Both the position numbers and the translations under genes were made by a program. Shown in pieces: positions 1 to 9,800 of a DNA stretch of 32,000 nucleotides (its first letter is position 1; each line of letters opens with the position of its first letter). This DNA is from Flavobacteriaceae bacterium. GTDB lineage: Bacteria; Bacteroidota; Bacteroidia; Flavobacteriales; Flavobacteriaceae. The notes beneath the pieces are model-generated. The model was not told the origin of the DNA and did not search any database. It worked only from the letters and a program-made list of their open reading frames with translations. The stretch spans positions 2,400,001-2,432,000 of the forward strand of contig OZ245049.1 in NCBI GenBank assembly GCA_965224465.1, read 5' to 3'.

Positions 1-910
1 TTGCTTTATATGCTTTTAAATCTTCTTTGTTTTCAACGATAAAAAACTTTTTAGAAAATTGTTTCCCTACTAAGTTTTTCGCTAGAATAACTTGCGTTAC
101 TTCAAACGTATATTGATTGAATGATTTCACCAATACATAGTCTATTTTTTTACCAACAGTCAACGCGGTATTACTTGGCAAGGTCCACGGTGTGGTAGTC
201 CAAGCTAAAAAATACAGATCACCTTCAAATGCTTGTAACATTTCTGGCAACGTATTTTTGACAGCTTTAAACTGCGCCACAATGGTTGTATCCGTAACAT
301 CTTGATAGCAGCCAGGCTGATTCAATTCATGAGAACTCAATCCTGTACCCGCTTTAGGCGAATACGGCTGAATGGTATAACCTTTGTATATCAAGTTTTT
401 TTTGTACAATTGAGACAACAACCACCATACAGTTTCCATGTATTTAGGCTTATAAGTTACGTAGGCATCTTCCATGTCTACCCAGTGCCCCATACGTTTG
501 GTTAATTCTTCCCAAACATCTGTATAACGCATTACGGCGGTACGACATGCTTGGTTATACGCTTCTACAGATATTTTTTTGCCAATATCTTCTTTCGTAA
601 TTCCCAGCTCTTTTTCTACCCCCAACTCAATAGGTAAACCATGCGTATCCCAACCAGCTTTTCGCTTAACTTGAAACCCTTTTAGTGTTTTATAACGACA
701 GAAAATATCTTTAATAGCACGTGCCATCACATGGTGAATCCCAGGCAATCCATTGGCTGATGGAGGTCCTTCGAAAAACACGAATGGTTTATTGGCGTCT
801 CTGGTAGAAATACTTTTTTCAAAAATATTTTTTTCTTCCCAAAAACGCAATGTTTCAGCTGCTACATCTGTTAAATTCAGCCCTTTATATTCTCTAAATT
901 TTACGCTCAT
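1..910 (-). CDS. ileS: Isoleucine--tRNA ligase, N-terminal ~303 codons; the rest lies beyond the window start
   Basis: Absent from the ORF track because it is open at the window edge. My own minus-strand translation from the ATG at 910 reads MSVKFREYKGLNLTDVAAETLRFWEEKNIFEKSISTRDANKPFVFFEGPPSANGLPGIHHVMARAIKDIFCRYKTLKGFQVKRKAGWDTHGLPIELGVEKELGITKEDIGKKISVEAYN... It carries a class I aaRS HIGH-type motif (PGIHHVMAR) and a WDTHGLP motif, in the arrangement typical of Bacteroidetes-type IleRS. Confidence 0.85.
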   Translation of the reverse strand, partial: MSVKFREYKGLNLTDVAAETLRFWEEKNIFEKSISTRDANKPFVFFEGPPSANGLPGIHHVMARAIKDIFCRYKTLKGFQVKRKAGWDTHGLPIELGVEKELGITKEDIGKKISVEAYNQACRTAVMRYTDVWEELTKRMGHWVDMEDAYVTYKPKYMETVWWLLSQLYKKNLIYKGYTIQPYSPKAGTGLSSHELNQPGCYQDVTDTTIVAQFKAVKNTLPEMLQAFEGDLYFLAWTTTPWTLPSNTALTVGKKIDYVLVKSFNQYTFEVTQVILAKNLVGKQFSKKFFIVENKEDLKAYKA

Positions 911-975
911 TATTCCTAAATTCAATTGATTTGCGAAATTACATTTTTTATTGCATAAATTATTTGTTATTCCAT

Positions 976-1009
976 AAAAAAAAGCGTCTTTCACGAGGAA
1001 AGACGCTTT
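976..1009 (-). terminator. Rho-independent terminator downstream of cassette 1
   Basis: Perfect 12-bp stem aaagcgtctttc (981-992) / gaaagacgcttt (998-1009) with a 5-nt loop. On the minus strand it is followed by a T-run (complement of the A-run at 976-980). It lies 62 nt after the stop of the OmpA-like gene. Confidence 0.7.
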
Positions 1010-1070
1010 GATTTATAAAAAATATCTATAGAACGTAAAAAATTATTTAGTTCTCATCACAATACTGCTT

Positions 1071-2630
1071 TTATTTAAGCACTACAAACTCTGTTCTTCT
1101 ATTTAATTGATGCTCTTGTTTAGAACAAGACACTCCATTACTACATGTATTTTTCAATTTTGTTTCACCATAACCACGTCCCGAAATACGATTTGCATCT
1201 ATTCCTTTAGAAATGATATAAGCTACAGTAGAAGCAGCTCTTTTTGCGGACAATTTCATATTGTATTTGTCATTTCCTCTAGCATCGGTATGCGATCCTG
1301 ATTCCACAATAATTGTTGGCTGTGCTTTCATCGCTGCAACTACTTTATCCAATTCAACAGCGGCATCTGATCTGATATCGTATTTGTCAAAATCAAAATA
1401 AATAGGATTTATATCGATCACAACTGGTTCCTCAACAACTATTTTATCTAAGAGAATTACAACATTTAACACATCATTATTCAACTCCGAAATATGAACA
1501 GGCGTCCTTTTAGTTAGATACCCCACATTTTCGGTTGTTAACTCATAACGTTTATTACAATCAATACTATTCTCAAAAGCCATTGAATCCTCTAAATTAA
1601 CACGAGAAACAACCACTTCTTTATCCGTCAACAAGGTAACCAATGCATTATTTAACAAGTCACCCGTTGCTGCATCTTTTACAGTAACATGCAACATTTT
1701 ATTACAAATAAAACGCATAGGCTCTGGGCTAGAGAAATGATAAATATCGTCATCTCCTTTCCCCGCTTCTCTATTGGAAGAAAAATAACCTGCCGTATAA
1801 TCTGCATTCACAATCAAAGAAAAATCATCCACAGCTGTATTGATAGGTGCTGGTAAATGTTCGGATTTTAATATAAAAGTTGGATATATTTTTGTCACGT
1901 ACATGTCCAATCCTCCGAAATTATTTTCATGCCCTTCTGAAGCAAAATAAAGTTCGTTTCCTTTCACAAATGGAAACATTTCCTTTTCAACAGTATTGAC
2001 CATTGGCCCTAAATTCTTAGGCATTCCATACCGGTGATTCCCCAATATTGCCACTTTATAAATATCGGTCTTACCAATAGTCCCAGGCATATCAGAAACA
2101 AAAAACAAGGTTTTCTCGTCCTCACTCAAGGTTGGGTGTCCAACAGAATATGCATTATTATTAAACGGAAGTTCTTGAATGTTTTTCCACCTCCCTTTTA
2201 AAGAAACATCTGCGATGTACATTTTAAGGTTATTAACACCCAAACTATCTTTCCCGTAATGTCCATTTAAGTAATTACTACGTGTAAAATAAACCGTCTT
2301 CTTATCTTTTGTAAACGCAACGTCCGCCTCGTGATATCTCGAGTTTACTTTCCTAGGCAACCGCACTACGTTTTCTAAACTTCCATCGGTTTTAACATCT
2401 GCAATAAACAAATCTAAAAAAGGCTGTGAATTGGATGACCAAACACGTTGGATAACAGCAAATTCCTTCTTTGCGGAAGCAAATATAACTTGATTGTCTC
2501 CATAATAAGCTGCACCAAAATCTGAATTTTTTGTGTTTACATTTAAATTTTTTATGCTGATTTTTGAATTGCTCTGACCTAGAGAAACAAAAAAGCTAAG
2601 CAATAATCCTATAATAATATATGACTTCAT
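1071..2630 (-). CDS. PorE-like OmpA-family protein: signal peptide, TolB/PD40-like beta-propeller, CRD-like domain, OmpA_C peptidoglycan-binding domain
   Basis: 519-aa ORF with an N-terminal hydrophobic signal (MKSYIIIGLLLSFFVSLGQ). It has repeated PD40-like blades (KTVYFTRSN, KTLFFVSDMPG..GKTDIY, NELYFASEG..GGLDMY, AGYFSSNRE.GKGDDDIY). A CarboxypepD_reg-like stretch follows (MLHVTVKDAATGDLLNNALVTLL). The C-terminus is an OmpA_C signature (FDFDKYDIR...SGSHTDARGNDKYNMKLSAKRAASTVAYIISKGIDANRISGRGYGE...NRRTEF). Confidence 0.85.
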   Translation of the reverse strand: MKSYIIIGLLLSFFVSLGQSNSKISIKNLNVNTKNSDFGAAYYGDNQVIFASAKKEFAVIQRVWSSNSQPFLDLFIADVKTDGSLENVVRLPRKVNSRYHEADVAFTKDKKTVYFTRSNYLNGHYGKDSLGVNNLKMYIADVSLKGRWKNIQELPFNNNAYSVGHPTLSEDEKTLFFVSDMPGTIGKTDIYKVAILGNHRYGMPKNLGPMVNTVEKEMFPFVKGNELYFASEGHENNFGGLDMYVTKIYPTFILKSEHLPAPINTAVDDFSLIVNADYTAGYFSSNREAGKGDDDIYHFSSPEPMRFICNKMLHVTVKDAATGDLLNNALVTLLTDKEVVVSRVNLEDSMAFENSIDCNKRYELTTENVGYLTKRTPVHISELNNDVLNVVILLDKIVVEEPVVIDINPIYFDFDKYDIRSDAAVELDKVVAAMKAQPTIIVESGSHTDARGNDKYNMKLSAKRAASTVAYIISKGIDANRISGRGYGETKLKNTCSNGVSCSKQEHQLNRRTEFVVLK

Positions 2631-2665
2631 ATTTTTTTATTATTTAAGTTGTTATTTTATTATTT

Positions 2666-3571
2666 TTAAAAGAATCTTGGAGATTTTCCGCCTCTATGTT
2701 GTCTTACATCATACAAGAGAAATATCTCATGAGATCCAGAATTATAATTCCCCAAATTAGAGATCGTATAATCATACGCATATCCAATACGCATATCAGG
2801 ACTCACACTAAATACAACCACAGCGCCTACCGAATCGTCCATTCGATAATTTACTCCTAATTCCATTTTCTCTCGGATCAAAATGTTTGCAGACATATCA
2901 ATTGAAAGAGGAGCTCCCTGCACTGCTTTTAACAACACAGAAGGCTTTAACTTTAAATGATTAGATAATTCAAACACATATCCACTAGTAATAAAACAAT
3001 GCATTTGTTCACTTCCCGAACTCAACTTCCCTTTATCAACATCCATATACCTCGTCTTTAATAAATTAGGAACAGCAGCCCCGAGGTAGAAGTGATTGGT
3101 ATAATAAAACATACCAAAACCAAAATTCGGACTTGTTTGACTTATAGGAACATTTCGGACTTCCTTTTTATCCAAAAAATCTAAGTTATTCACATTTAAA
3201 AAACTCACTCCAGCTTTTAAACCAAATGCCAATGTTTTTTCCCTAGCTAAACGCAAACTGTAAGAAAAGTCTGCATATACATTTTGTTCTTTTGCAGGAC
3301 CTATTTGATCAACAATCACAGAAAGTCCAACTCCCACATTCTTTGAAAGCGGAGCATTCACAGAAGCAGTAACGGTTTTTGGAGCGCCTTTAACTCCTAC
3401 CCATTGAGAACGTCCTAATAAGCCTAAACTCAAAGTTCCTTTAGAACCAGCATATGCAGGGTTTATAACATTCATATTAAATGTATACTGAGTATACTGT
3501 GGATCTTGTTGTCCAAAAGTCACCTGACTCACTAACAACACAATAGCACATACTGTTTTAATATATTTCAT
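2666..3571 (-). CDS. PorP/SprF-family type IX secretion system membrane protein
   Basis: 301-aa ORF with a signal peptide ending ...VTFGQ, followed by the family-typical N-terminus QQDPQYTQYTFNMNVINPAYAG. The rest is beta-barrel-like alternating sequence ending in ...SPRFF. It starts 12 nt downstream of a type-B CTD cargo gene, which is the canonical sprB/sprF-like arrangement. Confidence 0.9.
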   Translation of the reverse strand: MKYIKTVCAIVLLVSQVTFGQQDPQYTQYTFNMNVINPAYAGSKGTLSLGLLGRSQWVGVKGAPKTVTASVNAPLSKNVGVGLSVIVDQIGPAKEQNVYADFSYSLRLAREKTLAFGLKAGVSFLNVNNLDFLDKKEVRNVPISQTSPNFGFGMFYYTNHFYLGAAVPNLLKTRYMDVDKGKLSSGSEQMHCFITSGYVFELSNHLKLKPSVLLKAVQGAPLSIDMSANILIREKMELGVNYRMDDSVGAVVVFSVSPDMRIGYAYDYTISNLGNYNSGSHEIFLLYDVRQHRGGKSPRFF

Positions 3572-3583
3572 GATAACTCTTTT

Positions 3584-3886
3584 TTATTTTATTAAATAAA
3601 CCCAACCTTGGAAAGGGGATTTTTTATGATCGTTAAAGCGAATGATATAAAAATACGTTCCTGTTGGAAGTGACTTCCCACTATCAAATGTAAGCCTACC
3701 CGATGATTTCCCATCCCACCAAGAGGGTCTTTGATCTGGGTTTCCATTATGCGTATATGTATACACCATATTCCCCCAGCGGTTAAAAATCTCCATACTA
3801 AAATTTGGATACTTTTCTCCCAATCCTTTTATTACAAACGAATCATTATGACCGTCATCATTTGGTGAAAATGCATTTGGAGTTTC
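3584..3886 (-). other. T9SS type-B (gliding motility-associated) C-terminal sorting domain of adhesin 1
   Basis: The last ~100 aa read ETPNAFSPNDDGHNDSFVIKGLGEKYPNFSMEIFNRWGNMVYTY...WWDGKSSGRL...LPTGTYFYIIRFND...GWVYLIK. This matches the remembered TIGR04131-type pattern: PNaFSPNGDGxND, IfNRWG, WdG, GtYfY, then a terminal hydrophobic strand. Confidence 0.88.
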
Positions 3887-6800
3887 AATATCTTTTATCT
3901 CTACAGTAATAGTAACGGATCCTACAACACAGTCTCCAGAGCCATCACAAATCTCATATTCAAAGGTATCAACTCCTAAAAATTCAGGATTTGGAATGTA
4001 TGTAACTGTTCCGTCATCATTCAAAACAACAGCACCATTGGCGGGGCTTGTAGCTCCTTCAAGGAAAACAGTATCTCCGTCCAAATCATAATCATTATCC
4101 AATACATGGATCACAACTTCGCTTTCTCCATCCTTTACTACTTGCACATCATCCACTGCAACAGGCGGATCGTTTACTGGCAACACCTTAATGGTAATTG
4201 TTCCAGTTTCTTCTTTAGTAGTCTCATCAATATTTACAATAGTAACCGTATAAAGAAGCGTTTCTTCTCCATTAAAATTTGTAGTTGGAGTATAGTCAAC
4301 AGTACCGACCGATGAAAATTTAACAGTTCCATTTTCTGCCTCTGAAATTTTAGTTACAGTAACGTTTCCTGCAAACACATCATTTGTTAAAACTTTAAAT
4401 GTAACGGCATTATCTTCCTTCGTCGTTACAAGATCCGTCACCGTGTCTATCTTATCTATTACATGAATGCTAACCGTTGCTGTTTTATACACTTTAGGCG
4501 TACCTACACTACATACTTTATAGTCATAACTATCTTCCCCACTATAATCAGCATTCGGTGTATAGGTCACTTTTCCAGTCTTAACATCCACTGAAACAAT
4601 ACCGTTTGTTGGTTTCTTAAATATTTTAAGTGATGTTTTATCCATCATAGAATACAAATCCTTATCATTAGATAGTACGCTAGTAATCAAAATCCCATCC
4701 TCTTTTAGTCTTGAGAAATCGTCAATTAACTCAAATGTATTCACAGTGATTGTTACTGTGGCGGTATTACAACTTGCTATTGCATCGTCATCACATATGG
4801 TATAGGTAAAAGTATCTTCACCTACAAAACCAGTTTTTGGTACGTAGTTAAATGTACCATCTCCATTATTTACAACCCTTCCGCCTTGTGTTGAACTTGT
4901 ATCAAAACGTGTGATTTTCGCTCCATCTATAACCGTATCGTTTGTAAGTACGTTCCCTGTTTTCACTAAGACATCTTCCGCTGTACTTGCAGTATCGTCT
5001 TTTGCTACTGGATTCCCTTGATCTGTTACTGTGATTGTTACTGTGGCTGTACTACAACTTGCTGTTGCATCGTCATCACATATGGTATAGGTGAAGGTGT
5101 CGTCTCCTACAAAACCAGTCTTTGGTGTGTAGTTAAATGTACCATCTCCATTATTTACAACCCTTCCGCCTTGTGTTGAACTTATATCAGAACTCGTGAT
5201 GATTGCTCCATCTATAATGGTATCATTATCAAGTACGTTTCCTGTTTTCACTAAGGTGTCTTCAATTGTGTTTGCAGTATCGTCTTTTGCTACTGGATTC
5301 CCTTGGTCTGTTACTGTGATTGTTACTGTGGCTGTACTACAACTTGCTACTACATCATCATCACATATGGTATAGGTGAAGGTGTCGTCTCCTACAAAAC
5401 CTGTCTTTGGTGTGTAGTTAAATGTACCATCTCCATTATTTACAACCCTTCCGCCTTGTGTTGAACTTATATCAGAACTCGTGATGATTGCTCCATCTAT
5501 AATGGTATCATTATCAAGTACGTTTCCTGTTTTTACTAAGGTGTCTTCAATTGTGTTTGCAGTATCGTCTTTTGCTACTGGATTCCCTTGATCTGTTACT
5601 GTGATTGTTACTGTGGCTGTACTACAACTTGCTGTTGCATCGTCATCACATATGGTATAGGTGAAGGTGTCGTCTCCTACAAAACCAGTCTTTGGTGTGT
5701 AGTTAAATGTACCATCTCCATTATTTACAACCCTTCCGCCTTGTGTTGAACTTGTATCAGAACTCGTGATGATTGCTCCATCTATAATGGTATCATTATC
5801 AAGTACGTTTCCTGTTTTCACTAAGGTGTCTTCAATTGTGTTTGCAGTATCGTCTTTTGCTACTGGATCCCCTTGGTCTGTTACTGTGATTGTTACTGTG
5901 GCTGTACTACAACTTGCTACTACATCATCATCACATATGGTATAGGTGAAGGTGTCGTCTCCTACAAAACCTGTCTTTGGTGTGTAGTTAAATGTACCAT
6001 CTCCATTATTTACAACCGTTCCGCCTTTTGTTGAACTTGTATCAGAACTCGTGATGATTGCTCCATCTATAATGGTATCATTATCAAGTACGTTTCCTGT
6101 TTTTACTAAGGTGTCTTCAATTGTGTTTGCAGTATCGTCTTTTGCTACTGGATTCCCTTGGTCTGTTACTGTGATTGTTACTGTGGCTGTACTACAACTT
6201 GCTGTTGCATCGTCATCACATATGGTATAGGTGAAGGTGTCGTCTCCTACAAAACCAGTCTTTGGTGTGTAGTTAAATGTACCATCTCCATTATTTACAA
6301 CCGTTCCGCCTTTTGTTGAACTTGAATCAGAACTCGTGATGATTGCTCCATCTATAATGGTATCATTATCAAGTACGTTTCCTGTTTTTACTAAGGTGTC
6401 TTCAATTGTACTTGCTGTATCGTCTTTTGCTACTGGATTCCCTTGATCTGTTACTGTGATTGTTACTGTGGCTGTACTACAACTTGCTACTACATCATCA
6501 TCACATATGGTATAGGTGAAGGTGTCGTCTCCTACAAAACCAGTCTTTGGTGTGTAGTTAAATGTACCATCTCCATTATTTACAACCGTTCCGCCTTTTG
6601 TTGAACTTGTATCAGAACTCGTGATGGTTGCTCCATCTATGATGGTATCATTATCAAGTACGTTTCCTGTTTTTACTAAGGTGTCTTCAATTGTATTTGC
6701 AGTATCGTCTTTTGCTACTGGATTCCCTTGGTCTGTTACTGTGATTGTTACTGTGGCTGTACTACAACTTGCTACTACATCATCATCACATATGGTATAG

Positions 6801-9800
6801 GTGAAGGTGTCGTCTCCTACAAAACCTGTCTTTGGTGTGTAGTTAAATGTACCATCTCCATTATTTACAACCGTTCCGCCTTTTGTTGAACTTGTATCAG
6901 AACTCGTGATGGTTGCTCCATCTATAATGGTATCATTATCCAGTACGTTTCCTGTTTTTACTAAGGTATCTTCAATTGTGTTTGCAGTATCGTCTTTTGC
7001 AACTGGATTCCCTTGGTCTGTTACTGTGATTGTTACTGTGGCTGTACTACAACTTGCTACTACATCATCATCACATATGGTATAGGTGAAGGTGTCGTCT
7101 CCTACAAAACCAGTCTTTGGTGTGTAGTTAAATGTACCATCTCCATTATTTACAACCGTTCCGCCTTGTATTGAACTTATATCAGAACTCGTGATGATTG
7201 CTCCATCTATAATGGTATCATTATCCAGTACGTTTCCTGTTTTTACTAAGGTGTCTTCAATTGTGTTTGCAGTATCGTCTTTTGCTACTGGATTCCCTTG
7301 GTCTGTTACTGTGATTGTTACTGTGGCTGTACTACAACTTGCTACTACATCATCATCACATATGGTATAGGTGAAGGTGTCGTCTCCTACAAAACCAGTC
7401 TTTGGTGTGTAGTTAAATGTACCATCTCCATTATTTACAACCGTTCCGCCTTTTGTTGAACTTGTATCAGAACTCGTGATGGTTGCTCCATCTATAATGG
7501 TATCATTATCCAGTACGTTTCCTGTTTTTACTAAGGTGTCTTCAATTGTATTTGCAGTATCGTCTTTTGCTACTGGATTCCCTTGGTCTGTTACTGTGAT
7601 TGTTACTGTGGCTGTACTACAACTTGCTACTACATCATCATCACATATGGTATAGGTGAAGGTGTCGTCTCCTACAAAACCAGTCTTTGGTGTGTAGTTA
7701 AATGTACCATCTCCATTATTTACAACCCTTCCGCCTTTTGTTGAACTTGTATCAGAACTCGTGATGGTTGCTCCATCTATAATGGTATCATTATCCAGTA
7801 CGTTTCCTGTTTTTACTAAGGTATCTTCAATTGTGTTTGCAGTATCGTCTTTTGCAACTGGATTCCCTTGGTCTGTTACTGTGATTGTTACTGTGGCTGT
7901 ACTACAACTTGCTACTACATCATCATCACATATGGTATAGGTGAAGGTGTCGTCTCCTACAAAACCAGTCTTTGGTGTGTAGTTAAATGTACCATCTCCA
8001 TTATTTACAACCGTTCCGCCTTTTGTTGAACTTGTATCAGAACTCGTGATGGTTGCTCCATCTATAATGGTATCATTATCCAGTACGTTTCCTGTTTTTA
8101 CTAAGGTGTCTTCAATTGTATTTGCAGTATCGTCTTTTGCTACTGGATTCCCCTGGTCTGTTACTGTGATTGTTACTGTGGCTGTACTACAACTTGCTAC
8201 TACATCATCATCACATATGGTATAGGTGAAGGTGTCGTCTCCTACAAAACCAGTCTTTGGTGTGTAGTTAAATGTACCATCTCCATTATTTACAACCGTT
8301 CCGCCTTGTGTTGAACTTGTATCAGAACTCGTGATGGTTGCTCCATCTATGATGGTATCATTATCAAGTACGTTTCCTGTTTTTACTAAGGTGTCTTCAA
8401 TTGTGTTTGCAGTATCGTCTTTTGCTACTGGATTCCCTTGGTCTGTTACTGTGATTGTTACTGTGGCTGTACTACAACTTGCTACTACATCATCATCACA
8501 TATGGTATAGGTGAAGGTGTCGTCTCCTACAAAACCTGTCTTTGGTGTGTAGTTAAATGTACCATCTCCATTATTTACAACCGTTCCGCCTTTTGTTGAA
8601 CTTGTATCAGAACTCGTGATGGTTGCTCCATCTATAATGGTATCATTATCCAGTACGTTTCCTGTTTTTACTAAGGTATCTTCAATTGTGTTTGCAGTAT
8701 CGTCTTTTGCAACTGGATTCCCTTGGTCTGTTACTGTGATTGTTACTGTGGCTGTACTACAACTTGCTACTACATCATCATCACATATGGTATAGGTGAA
8801 GATGTCGTCTCCTACAAAACCAGTCTTTGGTGTGTAGTTAAATGTACCATCTCCATTATTTACAACCGTTCCGCCTTTTGTTGAACTTGTATCAGAACTC
8901 GTGATGGTTGCTCCATCTATAATGGTATCATTATCCAGTACGTTTCCTGTTTTTACTAAGGTGTCTTCAATTGTGTTTGCAGTATCGTCTTTTGCTACTG
9001 GATTCCCTTGGTCTGTTACTGTGATTGTTACTGTGGCTGTACTACAACTTGCTACTACATCATCATCACATATGGTATAGGTGAAGGTGTCGTCTCCTAC
9101 AAAACCTGTCTTTGGTGTGTAGTTAAATGTACCATCTCCATTATTTACAACCCTTCCGCCTTTTGTTGAACTTGTATCAGAACTCGTGATGGTTGCTCCA
9201 TCTATGATGGTATCATTATCAAGTACGTTTCCTGTTTTTACTAAGGTGTCTTCAATTGTGTTTGCAGTATCGTCTTTTGCTACTGGATTCCCCTGGTCTG
9301 TTACTGTGATTGTTACCGTAGCAGTACTACAACTTGCTATTGTATCGTCATCACATAAAGTATAGGTAAAAGTATCTTCCCCAACAAAACCAGTCTTTGG
9401 AGTATAATCAAAAGTACCATCTCCATTATTTACAACCGTTCCGCCTTTTGTTGAACTTGTATCAGAACTCGTGATGGTTGCTCCATCTATAATGGTATCA
9501 TTATCAAGTACGTTTCCTGTTTTTACTAAGGTATCTTCCTTTGTACTTGCAGTATCGTCTTTTGCTACTGGATTTCCTTTATCTGCTACAGAGATTGTAA
9601 CCGTAGCAGTATCTTCCAATGCTTCATCACTTAATGTATAAGTAATAATCGGTACGCTGCCATTGTAATTTTTTAATGGACTAAATTTTAATTCTCCATC
9701 AGATCCAATACGAATAGTTCCTACTTTATCAATTTTAACAATCGCCCCTAAAGGCTGATCTTTTGAATATCCTGAAATAAAATATTTAATAACTGATAAC

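Noticed and set aside
302-505. A 67-aa plus-strand ORF. The 101-aa minus-strand ORF at 31184-31489 is a similar case.
   Set aside because: They are antisense to the edge-truncated ileS and comM genes respectively, both of which translate into unmistakable conserved proteins.
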